DNA of 63,897 bases, the filler included, from Octopus bimaculoides (Eukaryota): NCBI RefSeq assembly GCF_001194135.2. It is 7 parts of 6 records of this genome, joined end to end, with 100 filler letters (N's around TTAATTAATTAA, not from the genome) between each part and the next. Parts side by side here need not be neighbours in the genome. Positions count along the whole stretch, not along the records: positions 61,044 to 63,897 come from NC_069005.1; 6 more parts are not named here. The stretch is one strand, 5' to 3'. The position numbers were made by a program, and so were the translations under genes. The notes beneath the pieces are model-generated. The model was not told the origin of the DNA. It saw only the letters and a list, made by a program, of their open reading frames with translations, and did not search any database. How positions within the stretch are numbered: the first letter of the stretch is position 1; each line of letters begins with the position of its first letter. Below are positions 62,871-63,897 of the stretch, in pieces.

Positions 62871-63863
62871 TAACTATATATATGTGTGTGTGTATGAGTG
62901 TGTTGTGTGTATGTGTGAGCATCTATGCATGTATATGTGAGTGCATATGTATATACACATGTATACGCAGACATACGCATACACACACAGCCTGTCTATG
63001 TTAAAGGCACCCTCATAAATAATATAAACAAAGCTTCTGATATAGGAAACAAGCCTGCCGTCCATTTTTATCTTCCGAACTATCTCTATCGTCTGCAACT
63101 TTCCATTTCAGCAGAGCAGACGACACTGTTTGTTTCGTTATATTTCCTACACTCTCCACTCCACTTTTACATCCTTTTCGTCTTCCTCCTCTCTTTCTGT
63201 TTCTCAATTAATCCAAAGATTTCTCTTTCTTTTTCAACTCCGTCTTTTTCTTTCACCCATTATCTTCTTCAATTTCTTTCCATATATATTCCCTCTCTGT
63301 CTGTCGCTGTCTCTCTGTCTGATTCTCTCTCTGTATCTCTCTTCTGCTTACTTAAGGCACTTACCATGAGTTTTTGAAATATATTTCTTTACTCGTTTTG
63401 TTTTGCTCTTTTGTTTCGTAACATCTTTTCCATTTCTATTTGTCTACCTTTCTTCTTCCATCTCTTAACGCACTTCTTTCTCTCTTCCATTTCAATTAAC
63501 TTCACAAGACCTGTTGCTGCACATTTCTAACACACATGCATCCATCCATTCCTACCTTCTCTCTTAGCGTTTCTACTTCTTTTAGAACTCCGTTCGTCTT
63601 TCCACTTACCTTTTCATTTGTCTTCGCGCCCTCTTATCACGTCTCTCTCCTCTTTCAGTTTCTCTCATCGCTTCGTTTTCGTTCTCTCTTCGCCTGCCTC
63701 CTCTCCAACGTGGAATGGTAAGATAACAAGAACTCTTGTGGCAGATCCCGCCCTTTTCACTGGCTATCTAACAATGCCTGCATCATCCACAGCTACGAGA
63801 ACAATTTCGCAATCAAGGCGGTGGTAATGATAACCGTGGCAGATGAGCGTTGCATGGCAATAC

Positions 63864-63897
<34 letters not shown>

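Overview
AT-rich, microsatellite-dense eukaryotic scaffold with many N gaps and artificial N-TTAATTAATTAA-N contig spacers. The repeat landscape points to an octopod cephalopod (inference). One host gene is well supported and is missed by the ORF track: a minus-strand M14A zinc metallocarboxypeptidase preproenzyme. I assembled eight phase-compatible GT-AG exons (19921 down to 7949, 253 codons) covering signal peptide, activation peptide, HxxE zinc motif and the WRK and NRN motifs; its 3' exons are not visible. The rest is mostly mobile DNA: three tRNA-derived SINE families, an RTE-type 3'-end repeat, RTE, CR1, L1/Tx1 and R4/Dong-like LINE fragments, Tc1/mariner-superfamily elements and MITEs, a hAT element nested in an RTE, and a Helitron. 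The most unusual signals are (i) a tRNA-promoter-headed element carrying an in-sense minimal type I hammerhead ribozyme (56956-57280), plus a second hammerhead-like family with a variant core, (ii) a 122-bp-arm near-perfect hairpin (60649-60902), (iii) an in-frame chimeric transposase ORF, and (iv) a head-to-tail stack of microsatellite-anchored R4/Dong-like retroelements. All calls were made by eye, with no database searches; TE boundaries are approximate unless termini or TSDs are quoted.
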